This document shows, piece after piece, positions 1-8,522 of a DNA stretch of 64,000 bases. The stretch spans positions 39,762 through 103,761 of the forward strand of contig JBHHUC010000002.1 in the NCBI GenBank assembly GCA_046861395.1. Direction: 5' to 3'. The notes beneath the pieces are model-generated. The model saw only the letters and a list, made by a program, of their open reading frames with translations. It had not been told where the DNA came from and made no database searches. Every line of letters starts with the position of its first letter. Positions within the stretch are counted from its first letter, which is position 1. The DNA comes from Fidelibacterota bacterium (GTDB taxonomy: Bacteria; Fidelibacterota; Marinisomatia; Marinisomatales; JABMOV01). A program made the position numbers and the translations under genes.

Positions 1-2519
1 GTCATACGGGCGTTTTCGCTCTTGATCACCGGCGCACCCTTTTTGATGCGAATATCGGCGACCTGGGAAATGGGAATCTGGGCGCCCGTGGGTGTGGGGA
101 TAATGACGCGTTTCAGCTTTTCAATATTATCCCGCAGTTCCCGACTGTAACGAACATTGACCGGATACCGTTCCAGACCTTCCACCGTATAGGTCACATT
201 CATGCCACCTACTGCGGATTGAATGATATCTTGAATGTCACCGACCGTCAAACCGTAGCGTCCCGCTTCTTCCCGGTTAATTTCGAAATCCAGGAAATTT
301 CCGCCGGTTACCTTATCGGCATAGGCACTCAGGGTGCCGGGGATCTTCTGTACCACAGCCTGAATTTGTCCGCCCAGAGCGTTCAGCGAATCCAGGTTGG
401 AACCCATCACTTTAATCCCTACCGGTGTTTTGATCCCAGTACTAAGCATATCAATCCGGGTCTTGATGGGCATGGTCCAGGCATTGGTCAGGCCGGGAAA
501 CTGAATGGCGTTATTCAGTTCGGTGGTTAATTCCTCAATGGTTACCACACGGTTTTCCGGCCAGAAATATTCCAGCGGAGTGCTCAGGAAATCGGGGAGT
601 GACCAGTCAGAATAGAATCGATCGACACGTTTTCTTTTGGGCCACATTTCGATGGGTTTGAGGGTGATGGTTGTTTCAATCATGCTCAACGGTGCCGGAT
701 CGGTGGCCGATTCGGCCCGGCCGATTTTTCCGAATACACGTTCCACCTCCGGGAATGTCTTAATGATCCGGTCTGTTTGTTGCAGAATTTCTCGAGCCTT
801 GGTAATGGAAATACCAGGGTCCGTGGTAGGCATATAGAGCAGATCACCTTCATTCAGGGGCGGCATGAATTCCGATCCGATATGTTCCAGCGGATAGACT
901 GAAATGGCAATGGCTGCCAGACCGGCAATCAGGGTTGTCTTGCGGAAATGCAGGACAAAACGAATGACAGGTCGGTATATTCTGATGAGAAATCGGTTGA
1001 TAGGATTTTTTTCTTCGGGCATGATTTTTCCGCGCACGAAGTACCCCATCAGGACCGGCACAATGGTAATGGCCAGTATTGCCGAGGCTGCCATGGAATA
1101 CGTCTTGGTAAATGCCAGGGGCCGGAATAAGCGACCTTCCTGAGCCTGGAGCGTAAACACCGGCATGAATGAAACCGTGATGATGAGCAGGGAATAGAAC
1201 AGGGCCGGACCCACTTCCTTGGAGGCATCCAGAATGACTTTCCAGTGATCCACCTTCCCCTTGTTGCGCTCAATATGTTTATGTGCATTCTCAATCATGA
1301 CAATGGCCGCGTCCACCATCGCCCCGATGGCAATGGCAATACCTCCCAGCGACATGATATTGGCATTGATTCCCTGATAGCGCATGACCAGAAATGCCAT
1401 GAGGATACCCACCGGAAGGGTGAATATGGCCACAAAGGCACTGCGGAAATGAAGCAGGAAGAGAATACAGACCAGAGATACGACAATACTTTCTTCCAAC
1501 AGTTTGTCTTTCAGATTATCAATGGCGCGCTCAATCAGGAGGGAGCGGTCATAGGCCGGTTTAATCGTCACCCCTTCCGGTAAACCTATTTTCAGATCTT
1601 CAATTTTTTCCCGGACTTTATGGATGACTTTCAGGGCATTTTCACCGTAACGCATCACAATAATGCCACCCACCGTTTCACCGATACCGTCCCGCTCGGC
1701 TAGTCCCCGGCGCAGTTCAGGTCCCAGATGAATATTAGCGACATTCTTCAATAAGATCGGTGTGCCGTTGTCATCTACTTTGAGGGGAATATTTTCCAGG
1801 TCCGTCAGGGATTTGATGTATCCCAGACCGCGGACCATGTATTCCGTTTCCGACATTTCTACCAGACGGCCACCCACATCATTATTGCTGCGTTTGATGG
1901 CCATTTTCACATGATTCAGGGGAATGTTGTAGGCCAGCAGCTTATTGGGATCCACTTCCACCTGATACTGTTTCACGAAACCGCCGATGCTGGCGACTTC
2001 CGAAACACCGGGCACCGACATGAGTTCGTAGCGCAGATAGAAGTCCTGAATGGAACGCAATTCCTGGAGATCGTGGTTATCCGATTCCACCGTGTATTCA
2101 TAGACCCAACCCACGCCGGTGGCATCGGGGCCTAATTGCGGTGTCACACCTTGGGGCAGTCGCCCGGATACGAAATTCAGATATTCCAGCACCCGGCTTC
2201 GAGCCCAATATATATCCGTCCCGTCTTCAAAGATGATGTATACAAAGGATATCCCGAAGAAGGAATACCCCCGCACCACTTTGGCGTATGGGACGGAAAG
2301 CATGGCGGTGGTCAGAGGATAGGTAATCTGATCCTCCACCACCTGCGGGGCCTGCCCCGGATAATTGGTCTGAATAATGACCTGAACATCGCTCAGGTCG
2401 GGAATGGCGTCCAGCGATGTGGTGGACATGGCCAGAAACCCTCCCAGGATGATGAAGACCATGGCCAGGATCACGAGGAAGCGATTGTTTATGGACCATT
2501 CTATAATTTTTTCAATCAT
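1..2519 (-). CDS. cusA: CusA/CzcA-family heavy-metal RND efflux permease (3' end runs off the window; absent from the ORF track)
   Basis: Manual translation from the ATG at 2519 gives MIEKIIEWSINNRFLVILAMVFIILGGFLAMSTTSLDAIPDLSDVQVIIQTNYPGQAPQVVEDQITYPLTTAMLSVPYAKVVRGYSFFG...LGPDATGVGWVYEY, the classic CusA N-terminus; lies directly downstream of cusB. Confidence 0.95.
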   Translation of the reverse strand, partial: MIEKIIEWSINNRFLVILAMVFIILGGFLAMSTTSLDAIPDLSDVQVIIQTNYPGQAPQVVEDQITYPLTTAMLSVPYAKVVRGYSFFGISFVYIIFEDGTDIYWARSRVLEYLNFVSGRLPQGVTPQLGPDATGVGWVYEYTVESDNHDLQELRSIQDFYLRYELMSVPGVSEVASIGGFVKQYQVEVDPNKLLAYNIPLNHVKMAIKRSNNDVGGRLVEMSETEYMVRGLGYIKSLTDLENIPLKVDDNGTPILLKNVANIHLGPELRRGLAERDGIGETVGGIIVMRYGENALKVIHKVREKIEDLKIGLPEGVTIKPAYDRSLLIERAIDNLKDKLLEESIVVSLVCILFLLHFRSAFVAIFTLPVGILMAFLVMRYQGINANIMSLGGIAIAIGAMVDAAIVMIENAHKHIERNKGKVDHWKVILDASKEVGPALFYSLLIITVSFMPVFTLQAQEGRLFRPLAFTKTYSMAASAILAITIVPVLMGYFVRGKIMPEEKNPINRFLIRIYRPVIRFVLHFRKTTLIAGLAAIAISVYPLEHIGSEFMPPLNEGDLLYMPTTDPGISITKAREILQQTDRIIKTFPEVERVFGKIGRAESATDPAPLSMIETTITLKPIEMWPKRKRVDRFYSDWSLPDFLSTPLEYFWPENRVVTIEELTTELNNAIQFPGLTNAWTMPIKTRIDMLSTGIKTPVGIKVMGSNLDSLNALGGQIQAVVQKIPGTLSAYADKVTGGNFLDFEINREEAGRYGLTVGDIQDIIQSAVGGMNVTYTVEGLERYPVNVRYSRELRDNIEKLKRVIIPTPTGAQIPISQVADIRIKKGAPVIKSENARM

Positions 2520-2532
2520 GATATCCCCCGCC

Positions 2533-4383
2533 TTAATCTGTTACGGATGTTGTGGACATGGCCTTCAGGTTCATCCCGCATTCGGGGCATTTACCCGGTT
2601 CGTCCATCACAACATAGGTGTGTTCCGGCATGGGACAAGTGTACCAGGTGGTATTCTCATCCACCGGAACCGTCTTTTTCACCAAGGCCATGCCGCATTG
2701 GGGACAATCACCGGCTTCAGCCATTTTAACAAAGGAATGGGCTTCCATGGGACAGGTGTAATATGTCAATTCATCACCCATCACCGTTCCGAAGGGGACG
2801 GCGGGCATGTCATGATTATGATTATTATCGTGCGTTTTTTCCACGTCCATCTGCATCGGCTGATCCATGTTCATGTCCATCTGCATTGACTTGTCCATGT
2901 TCATCTTCATGGGTTTATCCATGTCCATTTCAGATTCCGATGCGCTGGGCTCCGGTTCTTCCTGGGACTGGCCCGCCTTGCGGTTGGCCAGCATCTTGGC
3001 GATGCCTTCCTGGAGGCGGCTTTCTGAATCCAGCAGGAACTGTCCGGACAGAACAATGGTTTCGCCCGGCTTCAGGCCGTCTCTGATTTCATAATAATGG
3101 TCACCGGACTGGATGCCCACCGTTATATCACGAGGTGCAAATCGTCCGCCACCCAGGGCCACAAACAGCAGGGTTCTTTCGCCGGAGAACAGGACGGCTT
3201 CCTGCGGTACGGCCACGACATTTTTCACCGGCTCGGCTTGGATCGTTACATTGGCGTACATCCCCGGCTTCAGACGAAGATCCTCATTATCCACCACCAG
3301 CCGGACCTTGATGGTGCGGCTTTTGGTTTCAAGGATGGGATAGATATAATCCACGATACCTTCAAAGGATTCACCCGGAAAGTAGGGTAACGTCACCGTG
3401 GCCCGCTGTCCCTGGGCAATCCAGGGAAGTTCCGATTCATAGATTCTGGCCTGAATCCAAACCTGAGACAGGTCGGCCAGGGTATAGAGCGTCATGCCCG
3501 GTTTGACTTCCATGCCGTCAAGAACGTGTTTCGTAATGACAAAACCGTCATAGGGCGACTGGATAACCAGGGTTTTACTGATTTTACCCGTTTCTTCCAA
3601 TACTTTGATTTGTTCACTGGAAATATCATAGTATTCCAGTCGGGTCCGGGCCGAATTGAGAATATTTTCCATATTGCGCCGCAGGACAGAATCACTGGAA
3701 GCCGGCAATATCTGGAGATTATGGTAAGCATCCAGGTACTCATCCTGAGCCGTCACCAGCTGGGGACTGTAAATTTCCAGCAATTGCTGTCCCCGAACGA
3801 CTTTCTCACCGGTGGTGGCAACAAATGTTCTTTCCACCCAGCCAGATATCTTGGTATGAATATGGGAAACGCGTTTTTCATCCGTTTCTACCTCGGCAAA
3901 GGTACGAATCGCAAGCGATAGATCACGCCGTTCCACCTTGGCTGTACGGACGCCCATATTCTGTTCCGTAACGGGATTGATTTTTACCGTACTGCCGAAT
4001 GCCTCTTCACCTTCATAGACGGGAATCAAATCCATACCCATGGGGGATTTCCCCGGTTTGGGACTGATGTAGGACGGATCCATGGGCGCCTGCCAATAGA
4101 GAATTTTCTTTTCCCCGGAAGAAGAGGACGCTGACGAACCGCCGGTAGCAGCAGCTGTTTCGCCGGGACCGTTCAGCGGATTGAGGCGCATGCCGCAAAT
4201 GGGACAGTCACCGGGACCCTCCTGGATGACATTGGGGTGCATTCCGCAGGTGTAGAGTTCCTTGCTGGCCGCATCCGCCTGAGCGGTGGCCTGATCTTCC
4301 GATGATCCACACCCCGCAACCCCCAGAGCGAAGATAATAATTATACCGATCACTAGATTTTTCGTTATGATTAATTTTTTCAT
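2533..4383 (-). CDS. cusB: CusB-family RND membrane-fusion lipoprotein with extra heavy-metal-binding domains and a Met/His-rich linker
   Basis: Lipobox VAGC; YTCGMHP..CPICGM domain; YWQAPMDP..PGKSPMGMDLIP; MFP core ending SGQFLLDSESRL; two C-terminal YTCPM..H..CPxCGM domains; start placed at ATG 4383 behind GAGG. Confidence 0.93.
   Translation of the reverse strand: MKKLIITKNLVIGIIIIFALGVAGCGSSEDQATAQADAASKELYTCGMHPNVIQEGPGDCPICGMRLNPLNGPGETAAATGGSSASSSSGEKKILYWQAPMDPSYISPKPGKSPMGMDLIPVYEGEEAFGSTVKINPVTEQNMGVRTAKVERRDLSLAIRTFAEVETDEKRVSHIHTKISGWVERTFVATTGEKVVRGQQLLEIYSPQLVTAQDEYLDAYHNLQILPASSDSVLRRNMENILNSARTRLEYYDISSEQIKVLEETGKISKTLVIQSPYDGFVITKHVLDGMEVKPGMTLYTLADLSQVWIQARIYESELPWIAQGQRATVTLPYFPGESFEGIVDYIYPILETKSRTIKVRLVVDNEDLRLKPGMYANVTIQAEPVKNVVAVPQEAVLFSGERTLLFVALGGGRFAPRDITVGIQSGDHYYEIRDGLKPGETIVLSGQFLLDSESRLQEGIAKMLANRKAGQSQEEPEPSASESEMDMDKPMKMNMDKSMQMDMNMDQPMQMDVEKTHDNNHNHDMPAVPFGTVMGDELTYYTCPMEAHSFVKMAEAGDCPQCGMALVKKTVPVDENTTWYTCPMPEHTYVVMDEPGKCPECGMNLKAMSTTSVTD
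2845..2928. repeat. Degenerate 30-bp tandem repeat (about 2.8 copies) encoding the Met-rich CusB linker
   Basis: gtccatctgcatcggctgatccatgttcat / gtccatctgcattgacttgtccatgttcat / cttcatgggtttatccatgtccat; encodes MDMDKPMKMNMDKSMQMDMNMDQPMQMD. Confidence 0.8.
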
Positions 4384-4384
4384 G

Positions 4385-5647
4385 TTATCCCTCAATGTTT
4401 AACAGTCCGACAACTTTTCGCAGATTTGCTTCTCCGATACGCTGTTCCATAAGAACCCGCTCATATTCCAGTTTCAGTGTGACGGTCATCCGTTCACTGT
4501 CCAATAAATCAAGAAAACTGATTTTACCCGTTTTATAGGCGGCATAGGCTGAAGACAGCATCTGTTCCGCTTCCGGTAACAACCGGTTTTCATACAGGGC
4601 CACCGTTTCATCGGTCTGGGCCAGAGCGGCCAGAATGGTTTCAATCCGCTCCGTGACTTTATTGCCCACATCAACAGTCGTGATCTGACTGGCTTCTTCC
4701 GTCTGCCGGGCAGATTCTACCCGTGCCTTATTGCGTCCCAGCCATAACGGCAGGTTGAGGCCGATCTTAACCCCCAGGGCATTTTTACCGGCGGCGACGG
4801 CACCGGGCAAATCGGTCGGTCCTACCACCGTATAGGTCACACCGGCCACCAGATCGGGAAGGTTTTGTTTTTCACTGAGTTCCCGGGTGACGGTGGCAAT
4901 TTCCTTCTTGATCAGAGAGGATTGGAGCAGAGGATTGGAAGTCGTTGCGGCGGCAACCCAGCCGGCAAGAGGTTCTTCCTCCCGTGGCGGCCAGTTCAGC
5001 GATGCCAGACGGACCGTGTCCACCGGTTCATTAAAGAGACGTGTCAGGGATTCCAACACAGCGACCTTTTTTCCCATAAGATCATTGGTTTTGGCCTCCA
5101 CCCGCGTCTGCTCAATCTGCAATTTCAAAATGGGGTGCTGGGTCAATCCCTGCCCGGTGGAATACTGGGTCAGAGCCACATTGCGAAACGATTCCAGTTC
5201 GGCACGATAGCCGTTCAGAATATTCAGCGATCGGGTAATCTGAACGTATTGGGCAAATCGCGTTTCAAACTGGTTAATAATGGACAGCCGCACCTGTCTG
5301 GCATTTTGACGGGCCAGTTCACGATTCAGGACCGCGATTTTTTCCTGGCGACTGAGTTTCCCCCAGAGCGGAAATTTTTGTCCCAGCATAAGCTGGTTTT
5401 CGATGGGGCCATTCCGTGTTTCCACGGGGGCCAGGGCAGTAGAAAATTCGAATTTGGGATCCGGCAGTGTTCCGGCCACCTTGATGGCCGCTTCCCGGGC
5501 AGCAATCTGCCGATCGGCAATACGCACTTCCGGATTTGTTGTCAGCAGGGTGTTTAATTCCTGGTCCCAGTCTGAAATCTGCGCCCCGACGACCGAGATC
5601 AACAGACTGACCAACATTATATTTCTATTAAAATTGTAAGTAAACAA
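4385..5647 (-). CDS. TolC/CusC-family outer-membrane efflux protein
   Basis: AGTLPDP, QKFPLWGKL, LNLPLW, AYKTGKISFLDLLDSER motifs; TTG start 7 nt after GGAG; first gene of the CBA set. Confidence 0.9.
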   Translation of the reverse strand: MFTYNFNRNIMLVSLLISVVGAQISDWDQELNTLLTTNPEVRIADRQIAAREAAIKVAGTLPDPKFEFSTALAPVETRNGPIENQLMLGQKFPLWGKLSRQEKIAVLNRELARQNARQVRLSIINQFETRFAQYVQITRSLNILNGYRAELESFRNVALTQYSTGQGLTQHPILKLQIEQTRVEAKTNDLMGKKVAVLESLTRLFNEPVDTVRLASLNWPPREEEPLAGWVAAATTSNPLLQSSLIKKEIATVTRELSEKQNLPDLVAGVTYTVVGPTDLPGAVAAGKNALGVKIGLNLPLWLGRNKARVESARQTEEASQITTVDVGNKVTERIETILAALAQTDETVALYENRLLPEAEQMLSSAYAAYKTGKISFLDLLDSERMTVTLKLEYERVLMEQRIGEANLRKVVGLLNIEG

Positions 5648-5649
5648 AT

Positions 5650-5746
5650 TTATTCTCCAATTTGGTGAGTGAACTGAACAATTCCATTGAGGATTTATTC
5701 AATAAGGTACACCGGGTTAACGGCAGGTGCTAAGCCGGGAGAATAA
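5650..5746 (-). promoter_or_regulatory. Predicted RNA structure sequestering the cusC Shine-Dalgarno
   Basis: Perfect 9-bp inverted repeat 5650-5658 (ttattctcc) / 5738-5746 (ggagaataa), enclosing two small stems (5686-5690 with 5699-5703; 5709-5713 with 5726-5730). Confidence 0.6.
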
Positions 5747-5748
5747 TG

Positions 5749-6108
5749 CTATATTAAAAGAGGACGATTAAAGGCAGGAGGTGCATGGGGTAAAATTAAG
5801 TATTCCAGAACATAGGAAATATATGGTTCAATGGGAACAACTACAACGTTATCAGCTGGAACCATATTCATTTCCTGGCTCACTTTTTGTTCCGTTTTGG
5901 TAAGGGGCACTACCACCAGGGGTAACAGTACCGGCGTATCACATTCTGACATTTCCATGCTGCAGGCAGTAGCTTCACCCAACATGCACGTATCCATATT
6001 CTCTTCACAGCAACACAGGTCACAGGATTCCTGGGCACCCAGCATGGGCGCCGTCGTCGTCATGACGAGCAGAAACAGAGTTAATATGGATGTAATCTTA
6101 CGAATCAT
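5749..6108 (-). CDS. Small exported Cys/Met-rich leader protein with C-terminal HAPP motif (CutF/CruR/DUF2946-like candidate)
   Basis: From ATG 6108: signal-like MIRKITSILTLFLLVMTTTAPMLGA, then CDLCCCEENMDTCM..CSMEMSEC, ending LILPHAPPAFNRPLLI; immediately upstream of cusC. Confidence 0.7.
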   Translation of the reverse strand: MIRKITSILTLFLLVMTTTAPMLGAQESCDLCCCEENMDTCMLGEATACSMEMSECDTPVLLPLVVVPLTKTEQKVSQEMNMVPADNVVVVPIEPYISYVLEYLILPHAPPAFNRPLLI

Positions 6109-6497
6109 ACGCCGTAATATTAGTTTGCTTAGACAAAAGTTCCAATAAACGTTTCTTATAAAGTTATGATCCGAATTTATACTCATACCAATTATCGGAC
6201 AATGACTCCGCAAGTTGAGAGTCCATACCACAGTCAACCAATCCAATGCCTACAGAACCTGATGAACATCGTCCGGGTTCCACACTATATTTATTCTAGA
6301 GAAACCAGTTGTGCCCATTAGAAGAAGTTTTTTGATAAAACAGTTATGAGGCGGCTAATGATAAAGAATTATTCCTATTTTACTTCAAATTGCCGTATAT
6401 GGAGTGGATTGAGCGTCTCAATCCATGCAGCAACACGGTCGATGCATTCCAATAATAATTTTCCTTGTTAATCTTTATAATACTTGCCCAAAATTAA

Positions 6498-7778
6498 GGT
6501 TCATCGCAATAACCCGTACCTAGATTCGTGCAACGAGTAGATCTTCAGTTTAAAATATTCCATATCCCTATAGCCATATGCTTTTCGTTTTAGGACTTTG
6601 ATTTTATTATTCATTCCTTCCAAAGGCCCGGTTGATATGGGATACAAAAACCAGTTAAAGATATCCGTTCGATGCGCAAGCAACGTATGGGCATATTGTT
6701 TCAGTCGTGGTATCTCTGATGCCATGGCCTTAGCAACCCATTGTCCCAAAATACTTTGGCGTGTTCAACAGAATCCTGTTGCCATAACAACTGTAATTCC
6801 TCTTTCAGGTAATAAGCGGTTACCAGAGGTTTATTAATCCTAAGCGCCTCCTCTAAACGGTTCTTCTGGTGGGGGGTGCTCACAGATGACCGATTCATCA
6901 ATTACAGCCATCGTGTCCCCTTCAAGATATTTTTCTTAAGAGCACCTTTCTCCTGGTGAAATAATTCCCGTCTTATATCTTGAAGGTGGCGGTGGAGTAT
7001 TTGTGTTATATGAAAACGATCAAACACAATCTTCGCTTGTGGAAGTTTCATTGTTACGGCATCAATATATGCCGGCCACATATCGGTTGCCACAGCTGGA
7101 ATCTGGGCACGGGAGGCCTTGAGGCGTTTTAAAAAAGGGACTAATGTGGACGCCGAACGTCCCTCACCAACATAGACTACGGACCCTGTGGTTAAATCCA
7201 TAACCACCGTATAATAACGATGTCCTTTACGAACCGCAAACTCATCAATGGCGATATATTTTAAATCTTTTAATCGGGGTGGCGAGAATATCTCTGCTGT
7301 AAATGGGTTTTGTCTATCGCTTTGATTAGCCCCCAACTCACCTGAAAATATGCTGCCACATCCTGAACCGTGCCAAAAGATAATAAGGTTATGGCACATC
7401 GCTTAAATGCATGAGTAAATCGTTTTTTTATCCGCAAACTTGATCTTCTCCTGACGAAGAACTCCGCATGAATTACAATACAATCGTTGTAGTGCTATCT
7501 TGATGAAAATAGGTTTCATCCCCACATTCACACTGCGAAATATCCGAGGAATCGCCCCCTTCTTGATCACATCAGGGCTGCCACATACACTACAACGTAG
7601 CTTACTCGCTTTGGTCTTTACATGAAATATGATGGACCCCGATTTATATTCAGTTTTTATATAATGCTGATCCTTCAGGCCCAAGGCATGGTATATTAAA
7701 CTGGTTGACATTGCTTTCCTCTCTTTTGGTGAAATTTAAACATAAGGGACCGATAGGTACGCATTATTGTGATGAACC
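6498..7778 (-). mobile_element. ISL3-family insertion sequence (about 1281 bp), decayed
   Basis: Terminal inverted repeats ggttcatcgcaataacccgtaccta (from 6498) and, as reverse complement, ggttcatcacaataatgcgtaccta (ending 7778), 22/25 identical; ISL3 transposase fragments between them. Confidence 0.9.
6501..7711 (-). pseudogene. ISL3 transposase pseudogene
   Basis: Four ORF pieces: MSTSLIYHALG..zinc finger CSVCG/CNSCG; YIAIDEFAVRKGHRY..ATDMWPAY..FDRFH; AYYLKEEL; STGPLEGMNNKIKVLKRKAYGYRD. At least three frameshifts plus an in-frame TAA at 6902-6904. Confidence 0.92.
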
Positions 7779-7780
7779 TG

Positions 7781-7870
7781 AATTTATATGATTACAGTAG
7801 TGGCGTCTATTTCATCGAATTACGTACCCGCAAACAATCTTCCGTACGAAAACTGATGCTCGTGAAATAG
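7781..7870 (+). pseudogene. Truncated C-terminal remnant of a T9SS type-A sorting domain protein
   Basis: Translates to NLYDYSSGVYFIELRTRKQSSVRKLMLVK*, matching the CTD ends of other proteins in this window (SGVYIYEL..KMMLIK; SGIYLAEL..RKITLLK); abuts the IS end. Confidence 0.75.
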
Positions 7871-8191
7871 AAAATGATTATGTAACCTCTTTTTTGTAGA
7901 AAGGATTAACAGGGTTTTTAACCAGTTCTCCTTCGACCCTACTTAGGTACATTCTACCTATGTCCAGTTGTCATGGATTCAGGATACAGCGACGATATTC
8001 CCTGAGTGCTTAAATTTTCCTGGACACGATCGGCGCTTAACATAGCACCCCGTGATCTGATATACGATTTTTCATACATCAAACCTAACATATCGTCGCC
8101 CCTACATTCACCCACGGGCACAACCTGCGGAACTCTGTTCGTTGGGCTTATTAGTCATTAAACAAAAGTGACAAAGGAATAATAACAGGTG

Positions 8192-8266
8192 TCGAGGTGG
8201 AGGGATTCGAACCCCCGATCCCCTGCTCCCAAAGCAGGTGCGATAACCGGACTTCGCTACACCTCG
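8192..8266 (-). tRNA. tRNA-Pro (TGG)
   Basis: CGAGGTG acceptor stem, CCTGC-TT-TGG-GA-GCAGG anticodon arm, GTTCGAATC T-loop; CCA not encoded. Confidence 0.95.
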
Positions 8267-8281
8267 CAGGTGGTACTGAGG

Positions 8282-8356
8282 GGTGAGTGATGGGACTTGA
8301 ACCCACGGCCTCCTGGGCCACAACCAGGTGCTCTAACCAGCTGAGCTACACCCACC
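8282..8356 (-). tRNA. tRNA-His (GTG)
   Basis: G-1 plus GTGGGTG/CACTCAC acceptor stem, CCTGG-TT-GTG-GC-CCAGG anticodon arm, GTTCAAGTC T-loop. Confidence 0.95.
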
Positions 8357-8361
8357 ATACG

Positions 8362-8384
8362 GCTCTTTTCCAGACGAAAAGAGC
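8362..8384. other. Perfect 9-bp hairpin in the tRNA-His 5' leader
   Basis: gctcttttc-cagac-gaaaagagc. Confidence 0.5.
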
Positions 8385-8522
8385 GGCGGAAATTAGGCGT
8401 TTCTTTCTTCCATCTCCAATGGAAATAGACTACCAGGTTTGTCCGGTTTCCACTGGCAGGTTATCGCACGAAACATAACATTACTTTGTTCCATCCCTTC
8501 CCTTCCATGAATAACTTTTGCC

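Noticed and set aside
219..2889. Many short plus- and minus-strand ORFs in the track
   Set aside because: Shadows of cusA and cusB; cusA is missing from the track only because its stop lies outside the window
7403..7432. A7 run at the first transposase break as a programmed frameshift
   Set aside because: The gene has further frameshifts and a nonsense codon, and ISL3 transposases are normally single ORFs; decay is simpler
8110..8130. cccacgggcacaacc resembling part of tRNA-His as a possible att remnant
   Set aside because: Match is short and gapped; no integrase nearby
8108..8478. ORFs 8108-8323 and 8287-8478
   Set aside because: They are translations of the tRNA-Pro and tRNA-His genes
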